From Acidobacteriota bacterium (lineage in GTDB: Bacteria > Acidobacteriota > Vicinamibacteria > Vicinamibacterales > 2-12-FULL-66-21), in the NCBI GenBank assembly GCA_046727175.1, contig JBKPCD010000158.1:2910-66909 (forward strand): DNA of 64,000 bases. The letters are read 5' to 3'. Shown here piece after piece: positions 28,121 to 38,119 of the stretch. The position numbers and the translations under genes were made by a program. The notes beneath the pieces are model-generated. The model had not been told where the DNA came from. It saw only the letters and a list, made by a program, of their open reading frames with translations, and searched no databases. Numbering within the stretch: the stretch's first letter is position 1; every line of letters begins with the position of its first letter.

Positions 28121-29713
28121 GTGCGACGAGAACGCCTGCAAACCTTGATAATGGCGCTTGCGATCAGCGTGGGATCGAGCGGCGCCGCCGCCGCGCAAGT
28201 GAAGACGGCCGGCGGCCTGGTCCGCGGGACGACGAGCAGCGACGATCGCTACCGTGTTTTCAAGGCCATTCCGTACGCGGCTCCTCCGATCGGCGACATC
28301 CGCTGGCAGCCGCCGCGTCCCGCGGCGCCCTGGCAGGGTACGCGCGAGGCGACCGAATTCGGACCTCGCTGCCTCCAGGGGCGGATCTTCCCGGACATCG
28401 TCTTCACCGATCTGAGCGAAGACTGCCTGACGTTGAACATCTGGACGCCCGCGCGCGCCGCGAGCGATCGGCTCCCGGTGATGGTCTGGATTCACGGCGG
28501 TGGGTTCCAGGCGGGAGCAGGCGCCGAGCCTCGCCACGATGGCGAGGCCTTCGCGCGCAAGGGCGTCGTGCTCGTGACGTTCAACTACAGGCTCGGGGTC
28601 TTCGGCTTCCTCACGCACCCGGATCTCACGCGCGAGTCCAGTCATCACGCGTCGGGCAACTACGGCATGCTCGATCAGGTTGCCGCGCTGCGGTGGGTTC
28701 AGGAGAACATCGCGGCGTTCGGCGGCGATCCGCAGAACGTCACTATCTTCGGTGAGTCGGCGGGATCGTTCGCGGTGAGTGCACTGATGGCGTCGCCGCT
28801 CGCGCAAGGACTGTTTCAGAAGGCGATCGGCGAGAGTGGAGCATTCTTCACGGCCGGCAGCGGCACGCTGGCGCTGCGATCCCTCTCCGCGACCGAGCAG
28901 GCGGGCGCGAAATTCGCGGCGACCCTGGGCGCTGAATCGATCGCCGCCCTGCGTGCGAAATCAGGTGACGAAGTTCTCCAGGCGGCGCTGAAGGTTCAGC
29001 CGTGGTTCTCACCCAATCTCGACGGATACTTCCTCCCCGAAGACGTCTACACCGTGTTTGCCGCCGGCAAACAGAGCCGCGTGCCGCTCCTCGCGGGCTG
29101 GAATGCCGATGAGGCGCGAGGCGGCGTTGTGTTGGGTCGCCAGAAGCCGACCGCCGAGAGCTTCGCGCAGGACACGCGCAAGCGCTTCGGCGATCAGGCG
29201 GACGCGGTGTTGAAGGCGTATCTGGCTGCAACCGACGCTGAAGCGCTCGAGTCCGCGGCGTCGCTCGCGAGTGATCTGTTCATCGGCTACTGCACGTGGA
29301 AATGGATCGAGATGCACGCGAGAAACGCCAACGCGCCCGTGTACCGGTATTCGTTCGATCGCAAAATCCCGGTCGAGCCCGGCGCGAAGGTCAATGGAAT
29401 GCCGGCGACGTCAGCCGACGTCGGGGCACGGCACGCGGGTGAGATCGAGTACGTGTTCGGCGCGCTCTCGCTCTCGCTGCCGAAGGTCCCATGGGAAGCG
29501 GCCGACCGCACGCTGTCGGAGGCAATCACGAGCTACTGGGCGAACTTCGCTCGCATCGGCGACCCCAACGGCCCTGGTCTGCCCAAGTGGCCTCGATACG
29601 ATCGCGACTCGCGCGTGCTGCACCTCGATCTCACGATCCACGACGAGGCTGATTCGCTGCGTCCACGGTACGAGGCGCTCGACGCCTTCATGCAGAAACA
29701 GCGCTCGCAGTAA
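28121..29713 (+). CDS. Type-B carboxylesterase, secreted
   Basis: IPYAAPP, SEDCLTLNIW, HGGGF, NYRLG, GNYGMLDQ, FGESAG and HAGEI. GGAGGG RBS. Confidence 0.95.
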   Translation: MRRERLQTLIMALAISVGSSGAAAAQVKTAGGLVRGTTSSDDRYRVFKAIPYAAPPIGDIRWQPPRPAAPWQGTREATEFGPRCLQGRIFPDIVFTDLSEDCLTLNIWTPARAASDRLPVMVWIHGGGFQAGAGAEPRHDGEAFARKGVVLVTFNYRLGVFGFLTHPDLTRESSHHASGNYGMLDQVAALRWVQENIAAFGGDPQNVTIFGESAGSFAVSALMASPLAQGLFQKAIGESGAFFTAGSGTLALRSLSATEQAGAKFAATLGAESIAALRAKSGDEVLQAALKVQPWFSPNLDGYFLPEDVYTVFAAGKQSRVPLLAGWNADEARGGVVLGRQKPTAESFAQDTRKRFGDQADAVLKAYLAATDAEALESAASLASDLFIGYCTWKWIEMHARNANAPVYRYSFDRKIPVEPGAKVNGMPATSADVGARHAGEIEYVFGALSLSLPKVPWEAADRTLSEAITSYWANFARIGDPNGPGLPKWPRYDRDSRVLHLDLTIHDEADSLRPRYEALDAFMQKQRSQ

Positions 29714-29778
29714 CGCCGGCGGCTCTGGGCTCTGGGCTTGGGCTCGGGTGCGCTCACGAATCGCCTGGTGCACCGACC

Positions 29779-30528
29779 ATGATCTCGAAAAAAGAGGCGG
29801 AAAGCTTCTTCCCTCGTGGCCTCGCGCGCCATCTTCCGCATCTATCCGTGGACTGCGTCGTGTTCGGCTTTCACGACGGCGAGCTGAAGCTGCTGCTCCT
29901 GAAGTGGCGGAACTCGAAGACCTGGGCGCTGCCGGGCGGCTACGTTCGATCGCGAGAGTCACTCGACGCGGCCGCGCGACGCGTGTTGCAGAGCCGCACC
30001 GGCTTGCGTCGGGTTTATCTGCAGCAGTTCCACGCCTTTGGCGGCTTGAATCGAAAGGAAGCCACGCTGCGCCGGCTCTTTGCGAAGCTGAATCTCGCGA
30101 CACCAGCCGACGCATGGCCGTTCGGCCGCGTCGTCTCGATCGGATACTACGCGCTCGTCGATTTCTCCGAGGTCAAGCCAGAGGTCGATTACCTTTCTGA
30201 CACGTGCACGTGGCACCTCGTGGACCACCGGCCGCGGCTCGCATTCGACCATGACGCGATCGTCGCGAAGGCGCTCGAGGCGCTTCGCTCGAGCCTGGAT
30301 TCTGCCACGATTGGCGCCACGCTGTTGCCCGAGCGATTCACCATGCCGGAGCTGCAGCGCGTTCACGAGGCGATTCTCGGCCGCCAGCTGGATCGGCGGA
30401 ACTTCCAGAAGAAGATGATCGAGCGCAGCCTTGTCGAACGGCTGCCCGACCGCAGACCGGGTGGTGCGCATCGGGCGCCGTTCCTATACCGCTTTCGGCA
30501 TGGCGAGGCGCACACTCGCCGCACGTGA
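29779..30528 (+). CDS. NrtR-family regulator (Nudix + wHTH)
   Basis: SVDCVVFGF, WALPGG, degenerate Nudix box, LAFDH, FTMPELQ and LDRRNFQKK. Confidence 0.9.
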   Translation: MISKKEAESFFPRGLARHLPHLSVDCVVFGFHDGELKLLLLKWRNSKTWALPGGYVRSRESLDAAARRVLQSRTGLRRVYLQQFHAFGGLNRKEATLRRLFAKLNLATPADAWPFGRVVSIGYYALVDFSEVKPEVDYLSDTCTWHLVDHRPRLAFDHDAIVAKALEALRSSLDSATIGATLLPERFTMPELQRVHEAILGRQLDRRNFQKKMIERSLVERLPDRRPGGAHRAPFLYRFRHGEAHTRRT

Positions 30529-30575
30529 TCGCCTGGTCGACGGCCGAGCCCCAGCCCCGCGTCTGTTGCGTCCAA

Positions 30576-31436
30576 TCAGGCGCCGGCGGCCTGCGCCTTC
30601 CGTCGCTCGTCGCCAGCTCCGCTGATGAACGCGAGCAGGTCGGCGTTGATCAGATCCTTGTGCGTCGAGCACATCCCGTGCGGCAGACCGGGATACACCT
30701 TCAGCGCCGAGCCTTTGACCAGCTTCGCCGAAAGCATCGCCGACGCGCCGATCGGCACGATCTGGTCGTCGTCGCCGTGTATGATCACCGTTGGAACGTC
30801 GATCTTCTTCAAATCCTCAGTGAAGTCGGTCTCTGAAAACGCTTTGATGCAATCGATCACGGCCTTGAAGCCGGCCTGCATGCCCTGCAGCCAGAACGAG
30901 TCTCTCAGCCCCTGCGAAACCTTGGCGCCAGGGCGATTCGCGCCGTAGAACGACGCGGTCAGATCCTTGAAGAACTGTGACCGGTCGGCGAGCACTGCCG
31001 CGCGGATTCCATCGAACGTCTCGATCGGCAAACCGCCGGGGTTCGCTGCGGTCTTCAGCATGAGCGGCGGCACCGCCCCGATGAGGATGGCTTTGGCGAC
31101 ACGTTTCGTTCCGTGCCGGCCGATGTACCGGGCAACCTCTCCTCCACCAGTGGAATGACCCACATGAACGGCATCCCGCAGATCGAGCGCGTCGACGAGC
31201 GCCGCAAGATCGTCGGCGTAGGTGTCCATGTCGTTCCCGTTCCACGGCTGACTCGACCGCCCGTGACCGCGCCGATCGTGAGCGATGCAGCGATAACCCC
31301 GCGACGCGAGGAATACCATCTGGTCCTCCCACGCGTCCGCGCTCAGCGGCCAGCCGTGACTGAAAACGACCGGCTGTCCCTCGCCCCAGTCCTTGTAGTA
31401 GATCTCCGTGCCGTCGTTCGTCTTGATCGTGCTCAT
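30576..31436 (-). CDS. Non-heme chloroperoxidase/arylesterase (alpha/beta hydrolase)
   Basis: [29 protein letters not shown] and HGDDDQIVP. Confidence 0.93.
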   Translation of the reverse strand: MSTIKTNDGTEIYYKDWGEGQPVVFSHGWPLSADAWEDQMVFLASRGYRCIAHDRRGHGRSSQPWNGNDMDTYADDLAALVDALDLRDAVHVGHSTGGGEVARYIGRHGTKRVAKAILIGAVPPLMLKTAANPGGLPIETFDGIRAAVLADRSQFFKDLTASFYGANRPGAKVSQGLRDSFWLQGMQAGFKAVIDCIKAFSETDFTEDLKKIDVPTVIIHGDDDQIVPIGASAMLSAKLVKGSALKVYPGLPHGMCSTHKDLINADLLAFISGAGDERRKAQAAGA

Positions 31437-31539
31437 CGCACACTCCTTCGCTGCAGGATCCTGAAGAACGCATCCTGAACCTCGCGGGCCCAGCGGCCCG
31501 CAACGTTCCATGCTACTTCCTTCGAGCCGTGGGAACGGT

Positions 31540-34242
31540 TCATTCCGATCGCAGCGCGACAGTGGGATCGAGACGCGTCGCGCGCCGAGCTGGCACGTAG
31601 CAGGCGAGCGTCGAGAGCATCAGCAGGAGCGGCGGAACGACGGAGAACGTCAGCGGATCGAGTGGTTCGATACCGAAGAGCATCCTTTTCACCACGTTGG
31701 TCGAGAGGGCCGCGGCGATTAGCCCGACGATCATGCCCAGACTCGTCGGCTTCAACCCTTGTATCAGCATCAGTCGACGGACGTCGGAGTCCGTTGCGCC
31801 GAGTGCCATCCGTACGCCGATCTCTGCGGTCCGCTGCGACACGGCATGGGAGACCACGCCATAGACGCCAACAGCCGCGAGGAGAACGGCCAGACCGGCG
31901 AACGCGGCGATCAGCAGCATGTTGAATCGTCGGTCGGAAGTCGAACGCGCGACGAGACGCTCCATCGTCTGAACCTGAAACAGCGCCAGGCCCGGGTCGA
32001 TCCGACGAATCTCCTCGCGGGCGAGGCCGACGACGGATTGCGGCTGGAGAGCGGTGTGGAGAAGAATCGCGACGCCGCGGTTCGGGACATCGAGCAGCGG
32101 GCGGTAGAGTGTCGGCGCGATCCGGTCCTGTACTGTCGGCAAGACATCGCCGACGACGCCAATCACCTCGTAGCGTGGCGCGGGGAGACCTTCGATCTTT
32201 TCCCTCTGCACTTCGAAATCGAAGAAGATGCGCTTCCCGATCGGGTCTTCACCCGGGAAGAACGTCTTCGCCATCGACTCGCTGATCACGAGGCGTCCGA
32301 GTTTCGGATTTCGCGGATCGAAGCCCACGCCATCGTCGCGCGTGAACGTTCGGCCTCGAACCAATGGAATTCCTGCCGCGGCAAAGTACGCGGGATCGGT
32401 ACTTCGTTCGAGCGCCGTGAAGAACTTCCCTGGAACGTAGGGACGTCCTTCGATGTAGAAGAAAAGGATGTTGCACGTGCCGGTCAACGGCGCACAGGAC
32501 GTGAGGCCGACCGAGTTGACGCCTGGAATCGAGCGAAGGCGATCGCCCAGTTCGGCGAGCGTTGCGGATCGCTTCGCGGCCTCCCGGTAATTCGGTCCCG
32601 CGAGCATCGTGCCCATCGTCAACATGTGCTCGACGCGAACCCCTGGCCGGACGTCGTGCAGGTGGGAAAAGCTGTGGACGAGCAATCCCGCGACGGTCAG
32701 CAGCACGAGCGACAGCGCCATCTCCGCTGCGATCAGGACGTCGCGAAAGCGGCCATGTCTGCGGCTTACGGTTGAGCCCCGAGACGTGTCCTTCAGGTCG
32801 GCCGTCGCGTTCGCGCGCGAGCCGCGCATTGCCGGCACGAGTCCCACGCTGATTCCGGCAGCAAGCGCGATGGTGAACGCGAACAGGAACACACGCGGAT
32901 CGAGGGGAAGGCTTCCTGCGGGAAGCACGGCCCCGGATCCGGGGGCGCGCGCGACGAGCAGGTTCGCGAGCCAGACAGCGAGGATCAGCCCGAACACTCC
33001 GCCGATGAGGCCGAGGAGAACACTTTCGGTGACCAACTGGCGGATGATTTGGCCGCGCCGTGCGCCAAGCGCGGTGCGAATGCCGATTTCCCGTGTGCGC
33101 GCAAGCGCGCGCGTGAGCATCAGATTCGCGATGTTGAGGCATGCGATCAACAGGACACAGGAAACCGCGCCGAAGAGCACGATGAGCGGCGTGCGCACCT
33201 CGCCCACGAGAAGGCCATGCAACGGGACCACCGTTGCGCCTGTGCCGGTTGCCTCGTGTCGGTGCGCGTCCTTGTAGGCTGACGCGATGCGACCGATATC
33301 CGCCTGCGCGTGTTCGATCGACATCTGCGGCCGCAAACGGCCGACGACCTGCAGGAAGTGCAAGTCGTGCCGAATCTGCTGCTGAGGACCGATCGTCGTC
33401 AGGAGCGGCAGCCACACGTCCACCGTGCGACTCGGATACATGAAGCCGCGCGGCGCCACGCCAATCACTTCGTACACTTCGTTGTCCAGCCTGATTGGCT
33501 TGCCGACGATGTGGGATGCGCCGCCGAACTGGCGTTGCCAGAGATCGAAGCCGATCACGACGGTCCGTGGCGCGCCGGAGCGGTCCTCGTCGGGACGAAA
33601 CGCACGTCCCACCACCGGAACGACGCGAAACGTGGAAAAGATATTCCCCGAGCACGCGCAGACTCCCACTCGCTCGGATTCGGACGCGGCGGCATCATGC
33701 GCCAATGTGACAGAGCGCGTCGTGTACGCGGTGAGGTGCTCGAAGCTGGTGGCCTGCCGTTGCCAGTCGAGGAAATTCCCCGGCGCCACCGACATCCGCT
33801 GCTCGTCGCCCATGACGTTGCGCTCGAACAGCGCAACGAGACGGTCGGGCTCATCGAACGGGAGAGGGCGCAACAGAAACGCGTTCACGAGGCTGAAGAT
33901 CGCCGTGTTCGCGCCGATACCGAGCGCCAACGTCACGATGACCATGATCGAGAACGACGGTCGCTTCGCGAGCGACCGGGTCGCCAACTTCAGGTCCTGT
34001 CGAAGCGTCTCCATCCTGTTCCTCCGTCGTGTCGTTCGGGTTTGGCGTGACGAGGGCGGGCGGCGCAGCACGTATCCGAGCGCTATCGATAGCGCGTGAA
34101 GGCTGTAGCGGAATCTCGCCGCCGGCCGGTCGCCCGACAAGGACAGCTCCTCGATCAAATCGCCGCGAATGGAGTCGGATGCCGGCCCGGGCGGCAACAC
34201 GCGGCGCAGGAGCCAATCGAAAAGCCCTGGAGGTCTCGTCAC
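31540..34242 (-). CDS. ADOP-type ABC permease
   Basis: GTG start overlaps the padR stop. GDLIEE prefix, [19 protein letters not shown] and [10 protein letters not shown]. Confidence 0.93.
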   Translation of the reverse strand: MTRPPGLFDWLLRRVLPPGPASDSIRGDLIEELSLSGDRPAARFRYSLHALSIALGYVLRRPPSSRQTRTTRRRNRMETLRQDLKLATRSLAKRPSFSIMVIVTLALGIGANTAIFSLVNAFLLRPLPFDEPDRLVALFERNVMGDEQRMSVAPGNFLDWQRQATSFEHLTAYTTRSVTLAHDAAASESERVGVCACSGNIFSTFRVVPVVGRAFRPDEDRSGAPRTVVIGFDLWQRQFGGASHIVGKPIRLDNEVYEVIGVAPRGFMYPSRTVDVWLPLLTTIGPQQQIRHDLHFLQVVGRLRPQMSIEHAQADIGRIASAYKDAHRHEATGTGATVVPLHGLLVGEVRTPLIVLFGAVSCVLLIACLNIANLMLTRALARTREIGIRTALGARRGQIIRQLVTESVLLGLIGGVFGLILAVWLANLLVARAPGSGAVLPAGSLPLDPRVFLFAFTIALAAGISVGLVPAMRGSRANATADLKDTSRGSTVSRRHGRFRDVLIAAEMALSLVLLTVAGLLVHSFSHLHDVRPGVRVEHMLTMGTMLAGPNYREAAKRSATLAELGDRLRSIPGVNSVGLTSCAPLTGTCNILFFYIEGRPYVPGKFFTALERSTDPAYFAAAGIPLVRGRTFTRDDGVGFDPRNPKLGRLVISESMAKTFFPGEDPIGKRIFFDFEVQREKIEGLPAPRYEVIGVVGDVLPTVQDRIAPTLYRPLLDVPNRGVAILLHTALQPQSVVGLAREEIRRIDPGLALFQVQTMERLVARSTSDRRFNMLLIAAFAGLAVLLAAVGVYGVVSHAVSQRTAEIGVRMALGATDSDVRRLMLIQGLKPTSLGMIVGLIAAALSTNVVKRMLFGIEPLDPLTFSVVPPLLLMLSTLACYVPARRATRLDPTVALRSE

Positions 34243-34574
34243 GACGGCTCTTTCAGGAAGCGCTCGAGGCCCCGCCACATCCGGCGCAGGACACGGTGAG
34301 CGGATCGCAGCGCGACGATGCCGCGCGGTGTCATCGAGTACACCCGCTTCGGCAGCGCCTGCCGCTCCGGGCCGCCCGCCTCGAGCCTCCACCGAAGGAG
34401 GCCCTTCGTCTCGAGCCGGTCGAGCGACGTGTACAGCGCGCCGCGGGACAGCCGCCGACCGGCCTCGGTCTCGAGCTCGCGCGTGATCGACAGCCCGTAC
34501 GCATCCGGGCCGAGACGCAGGATTGACAGCAGGATCAGTTGTTCGAGCTCACCGAGGGGCGGAGTGTCGGCCAT
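34239..34574 (-). CDS. PadR-family transcriptional regulator
   Basis: LGELEQLILL, AYGLSI, GALYTSLDRLE and RVYSMTPRG. Confidence 0.92.
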   Translation of the reverse strand: MADTPPLGELEQLILLSILRLGPDAYGLSITRELETEAGRRLSRGALYTSLDRLETKGLLRWRLEAGGPERQALPKRVYSMTPRGIVALRSAHRVLRRMWRGLERFLKEPS

Positions 34575-34580
34575 CGCCTG

Positions 34581-34596
34581 AGTCTACTTTGTAGAC
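34581..34596 (-). promoter_or_regulatory. Palindromic operator GTCTAC-TTT-GTAGAC overlapping -10 TAGACT
   Basis: Perfect palindrome at 34582-34596. The -10 box is 6 nt before the padR ATG. Confidence 0.65.
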
Positions 34597-34679
34597 GCTT
34601 AGACGATAGCCGTACACGAATGGTTGGCAGAAGTCCGATCGTACCCCTGTGTTCGCGTTGGAGCGCTGTAGGGCGCCGG

Positions 34680-35075
34680 TCAGAAACCTTTCGCCATCCA
34701 CTTCGACCAGTAGAACGTCAGCGGCACTTTCCCGGTATTGACGATGCCGTGGAGCGTGTTTCCGGCACAGTACATGATGGCGCCTGGACCGACCTGGCTC
34801 GTCTTGCCGCCGCACTCGATCTCGCCGGTGCCGCTGGCGACAATCATGAACTCTTCCTCGGGATGCCGATGAGGCGGATGGGGACTGGCGCCGGGATCTA
34901 GCACGGCCATGCCCGTGCACATGCCACTCAATTGATCGGTTGGCCCGTTGTAGTGCACGAACACGGTGCACCCGTCCTGTGACTCCTGCGTGATGGAGGA
35001 AAGATCGAGCACCCCGTCCGGCAGCTTCGGCGCGCTCGTCTCGACGGCGACGGTGCTATCTTTTTTCGCTGACAT
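34680..35075 (-). CDS. Cupin-domain protein
   Basis: PHPPHRHPEEE and GNTLHGIVN. Confidence 0.88.
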   Translation of the reverse strand: MSAKKDSTVAVETSAPKLPDGVLDLSSITQESQDGCTVFVHYNGPTDQLSGMCTGMAVLDPGASPHPPHRHPEEEFMIVASGTGEIECGGKTSQVGPGAIMYCAGNTLHGIVNTGKVPLTFYWSKWMAKGF

Positions 35076-35181
35076 GGATTGAATATTCTGAGATCCGCGG
35101 GGTATGGTCAAGGCCGACGGCCGATCGGTCCCATGCGAGATACCATAGGCCGCGCTCGGAACGCATAACGAGCTGAACTCA

Positions 35182-35278
35182 GGCGCGCCAAGGGCGCGCG
35201 ACGCCGGAGCGGAGCGGGGCAAAGGGCCCCCGCGAGCGACGGGGATGGGGGGTCCGGCGGGGCGAAGCCCCCGGTCTA
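35182..35278 (+). repeat. Dispersed GC-rich repeat element, copy 1
   Basis: ggcgcgcca..gccggagcggagcggggc..cccgcgagcgacgg..ggggggtccggcggggcgaagcccccggtcta. Homologous to 39826-39982. Confidence 0.85.
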
Positions 35279-35281
35279 AAA

Positions 35282-35668
35282 ATGAGCCTTGCACACGTCA
35301 CACTGCCCTCTCGCGACGTCGAGAGAACAGCCTCATTCTTCGAGAAGACCCTCGGGTACGCGCGGCGACCGGTCCCGGACGACTCCCCCGTGGACGTCGT
35401 ATGGCTCGACATCGGGAACGGCCAGGAGATGCACATCATCTTCATCGATCGGTTCGTGGTCTTGCCGCACGAGAGCGAATTCGGACGCCACACCGCTGTG
35501 TTGTACCCCGCCGCCGAGTTCCCCGCCTTGAAGGAGCGGCTCACCGCTGAGGGAGCGGAACTGATCGCGCCGCGCCGCCCGACACCGTTCGAACGGTTCT
35601 TCTTTCGCGAACCGGTCAATGGTTACGTGTTCGAGGTGATCGACGACAAGAGTGCCGCGGGTCGCTGA
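35282..35668 (+). CDS. VOC/glyoxalase-family protein
   Basis: LAHVTL..DVERTASFFEKTLG, HTA and FFREPVNGYVFEV. Confidence 0.88.
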   Translation: MSLAHVTLPSRDVERTASFFEKTLGYARRPVPDDSPVDVVWLDIGNGQEMHIIFIDRFVVLPHESEFGRHTAVLYPAAEFPALKERLTAEGAELIAPRRPTPFERFFFREPVNGYVFEVIDDKSAAGR

Positions 35669-35689
35669 GAATTGAGGCTCGGGTTCGCC

Positions 35690-36100
35690 TCAGTCATGCC
35701 TCAACGCGACCAGCGGATCCACGCGTGATGCGCGGCAGGCCGGCAGCCAGCCGGCGAGAACAGCCGCAGTCCCCAGCACCGAGGCGGCAACAACGAACGC
35801 CGTTGGATCGGTGGGCGTCAACCCGTACAGGATCTTGCGAGCGAGCCCCGTGACCGTCAGCGCGAGCGCGGAACCGATCGAGACGCCAGCGGCAACCATG
35901 ACCGCCGCGTCGCGCAGCACGATCCCGGTGACGCGCGACCGGCCGGCGCCAAGGGCGATGCGCACGCCGATCTCGTTCGCTCGTCGCGCCACCTGGAACG
36001 CCAAAACACCGAACAGCCCCATCCCTGCGATGACGAGCACGAGCTCGACCAGACGGTCTCGATGGAAACGGATCTCGTCACCGATGCGATCGGAAGCCAT
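35690..36100 (-). pseudogene. Internally deleted mini-ADOP permease (prefix fused in frame to final FtsX domain); pseudogene or microprotein
   Basis: DEIRFHRDRLVE joined directly to GLFGVLAFQVARRANEIGVRIALGA...VDPLVALRHD. Confidence 0.75.
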
Positions 36101-36108
36101 ACCTCGCC

Positions 36109-36139
36109 AATCTACACATCAATATGTCGAACGTCAAGG
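36109..36139 (-). promoter_or_regulatory. Sigma70-type promoter TTGACG-N17-TAGATT with PadR-like operator over the -35 box
   Basis: The -35 box is at 36137-36132 and the -10 at 36114-36109, 8 nt before the ATG. TGTCGA-ACG-TCAAGG at 36125-36139. Confidence 0.65.
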
Positions 36140-36186
36140 CATCGGCGGTACGCATCGGCCCTCGGTGCCCGCGCACGCGGCATTTC

Positions 36187-36253
36187 ACAGGAGATCAGCA
36201 GGTCAGTAGATTTTCGATTTGAAGAAGAATCTCCTAGACTCGTGAACTCCTGT
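36187..36253. repeat. CAGGAG-arm inverted repeat element (related to 26445-26562)
   Basis: acaggagat cagcaggt cagtagat, an AT-rich core, then atctccta gactcgtg aactcctgt. Confidence 0.55.
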
Positions 36254-36277
36254 TGCACGGCCACGCGCCTCATCGTC

Positions 36278-37291
36278 ATGCCCCAAATCATCGTCTCGGA
36301 TCTGGTCAAGACGTTCCGTGTGTCCGAGCGCACGTCGGGCCTGTGGGGCGCCGTTCGCGGACTGGTGCAACGGAAGCACCGCATCGTGCGTGCTCTGGAC
36401 GGGATCTCGTTTGCGGTCGACGCGGGGGAACTGGTTGGCTACATCGGTCCCAACGGCGCCGGCAAATCGACAACCGTCAAGACGCTGGCCGGCATCCTCG
36501 TCCCCGACAGCGGCCGCTGCGAGATCCTCGGGCGCGTTCCATGGCGCGACCGCGTCGCGCACGTCTCTCGAATCGGCGTGGTGTTTGGCCAGCGCACGCA
36601 ACTCTGGTGGGATCTACCGGTCATCGAGTCGTTCGAGCTCCTCCGCGACATCTACCGTGTTCCTCTCTCGAAATATTCTGCTGCGCGTGACGAGCTGATC
36701 GCGTTGCTGGATCTCGAGTCGATCCTCGACGTCCCCGTGCGACAGCTCAGCCTCGGCCAACGCATGCGTTGCGACGTTGCCGCCGCTCTCCTTCACGCGC
36801 CGCCGATCTTGTTCCTCGACGAGCCAACGATTGGTCTGGACGCGACCGGCAAGCTCGCCATCCGCGATTTCGTCAGGCGCCTGAACCGGGAGCGAGGGAT
36901 CACGGTAATCCTCACCACCCACGACATGGACGACATCGAAGCGCTCTGCACGCGGGTCATGGTCATTGGCGAGGGACGGATCCTGTCGGACGGAACGCTG
37001 GCCGAGCTTCGCAGGCGCGTCACGCGCGAGCGATGGCTCACGGTCGATCTCGTACAGCCGGATGACTCGATCGAAGATCCTGACGCAGCAGTCATCCGCA
37101 GGGACGCCCACCGGGTCTGTCTGGCGTTCGATCCTGAGCGGGTCTCGCCCGCTGAATTGATTCGGCGAGTGACGAGCGCCCACGCGATTCGCGATCTCTT
37201 CGTCGAGAATCCGCCAATCGAAACGATCGTCGCGCGCGTCTATCGCCAAGCGCATCCGGCGTCGTCAGCTAGCGGAGATCGGCCGTCGTGA
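36278..37291 (+). CDS. ABC-2 exporter ATP-binding subunit
   Basis: GPNGAGKST, LSLGQRMR, LFLDEPT and TTHDM. Confidence 0.95.
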   Translation: MPQIIVSDLVKTFRVSERTSGLWGAVRGLVQRKHRIVRALDGISFAVDAGELVGYIGPNGAGKSTTVKTLAGILVPDSGRCEILGRVPWRDRVAHVSRIGVVFGQRTQLWWDLPVIESFELLRDIYRVPLSKYSAARDELIALLDLESILDVPVRQLSLGQRMRCDVAAALLHAPPILFLDEPTIGLDATGKLAIRDFVRRLNRERGITVILTTHDMDDIEALCTRVMVIGEGRILSDGTLAELRRRVTRERWLTVDLVQPDDSIEDPDAAVIRRDAHRVCLAFDPERVSPAELIRRVTSAHAIRDLFVENPPIETIVARVYRQAHPASSASGDRPS

Positions 37292-38118
37292 CGCTGGGGG
37301 CGGTTCGGCCTTACGTCGCGATCGTCAGCGCACGGTTCCGAATGCTCCTGCAGTACCGCGCCGCGGCGATTGCCGGACTGTGGACGCAGATCGTCTTCGG
37401 ACTCGTGATCCTGGGAATCTTCGAAGCGTTTTTTCGATCCACCACCCGCGCGCATCCGATGACGTTCGCGCAGATCGTGAGCTACGTCTGGCTCGGGCAG
37501 GCGCTCCTCGGGATGCTGCCATGGAATGCGGACGCCGAAGTCCGGGCGATGGTGCGCAGCGGTGCCGTCGCGTACGAGCTGTGCCGCCCGGTCGATCTGT
37601 ACGGGTTGTGGTACGCGCGGGCGCTCGCGTGGCGGACGGCGCCGACCGTGCTTCGCGCGGTTCCCATGTGCGCCATCGCCTCGATCGGTCTGCCGCTCAT
37701 CGGCCTCGACGAGTGGAGGCTGGTTGCTCCCCCTTCGGTCGCGTCAGCCGTCGCGTTTGCGTCGACTCTCGCGTGCACGCTCCTTCTCGGGTGCGCGCTG
37801 ACGACGCTGATCAACATCACGCTGCTATGGACGATCAGCGGCGAAGGCATCGTGATCCTGACGACGACCCTCGTGACATTCCTCTCCGGCATGATCGTGC
37901 CGGTTCCGTTGTTCCCCGACTGGGCGAAGCCGATCGTGCAGGCGCTGCCGTTTGCAGGTCTCGTCGACTTCCCGTTTCGGGTCTACACGGGCCACATCCC
38001 TCCGCAAGCGACAGTCTGGGTGGTGCAGCATCAGCTTCTCTGGACCGCGGCGCTCGTCATCCTCGGTCGCTGGCTGCTCTCGCGCGGATTGCGGAGAGTC
38101 GTCGTGCAGGGCGGCTGA
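37288..38118 (+). CDS. ABC-2 family permease (DUF990-like)
   Basis: LQYRAA, SGAVAYELCRP, LSGMIVPVPLFP and terminal VVQGG. Confidence 0.9.
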   Translation: MTLGAVRPYVAIVSARFRMLLQYRAAAIAGLWTQIVFGLVILGIFEAFFRSTTRAHPMTFAQIVSYVWLGQALLGMLPWNADAEVRAMVRSGAVAYELCRPVDLYGLWYARALAWRTAPTVLRAVPMCAIASIGLPLIGLDEWRLVAPPSVASAVAFASTLACTLLLGCALTTLINITLLWTISGEGIVILTTTLVTFLSGMIVPVPLFPDWAKPIVQALPFAGLVDFPFRVYTGHIPPQATVWVVQHQLLWTAALVILGRWLLSRGLRRVVVQGG

Positions 38119-38119
38119 C

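Noticed and set aside
36278-37291. ABC ATPase as partner of the ADOP permeases
   Set aside because: It is ABC-2/DrrA-type and coupled to its own two permeases, not MacB/LolD-type.
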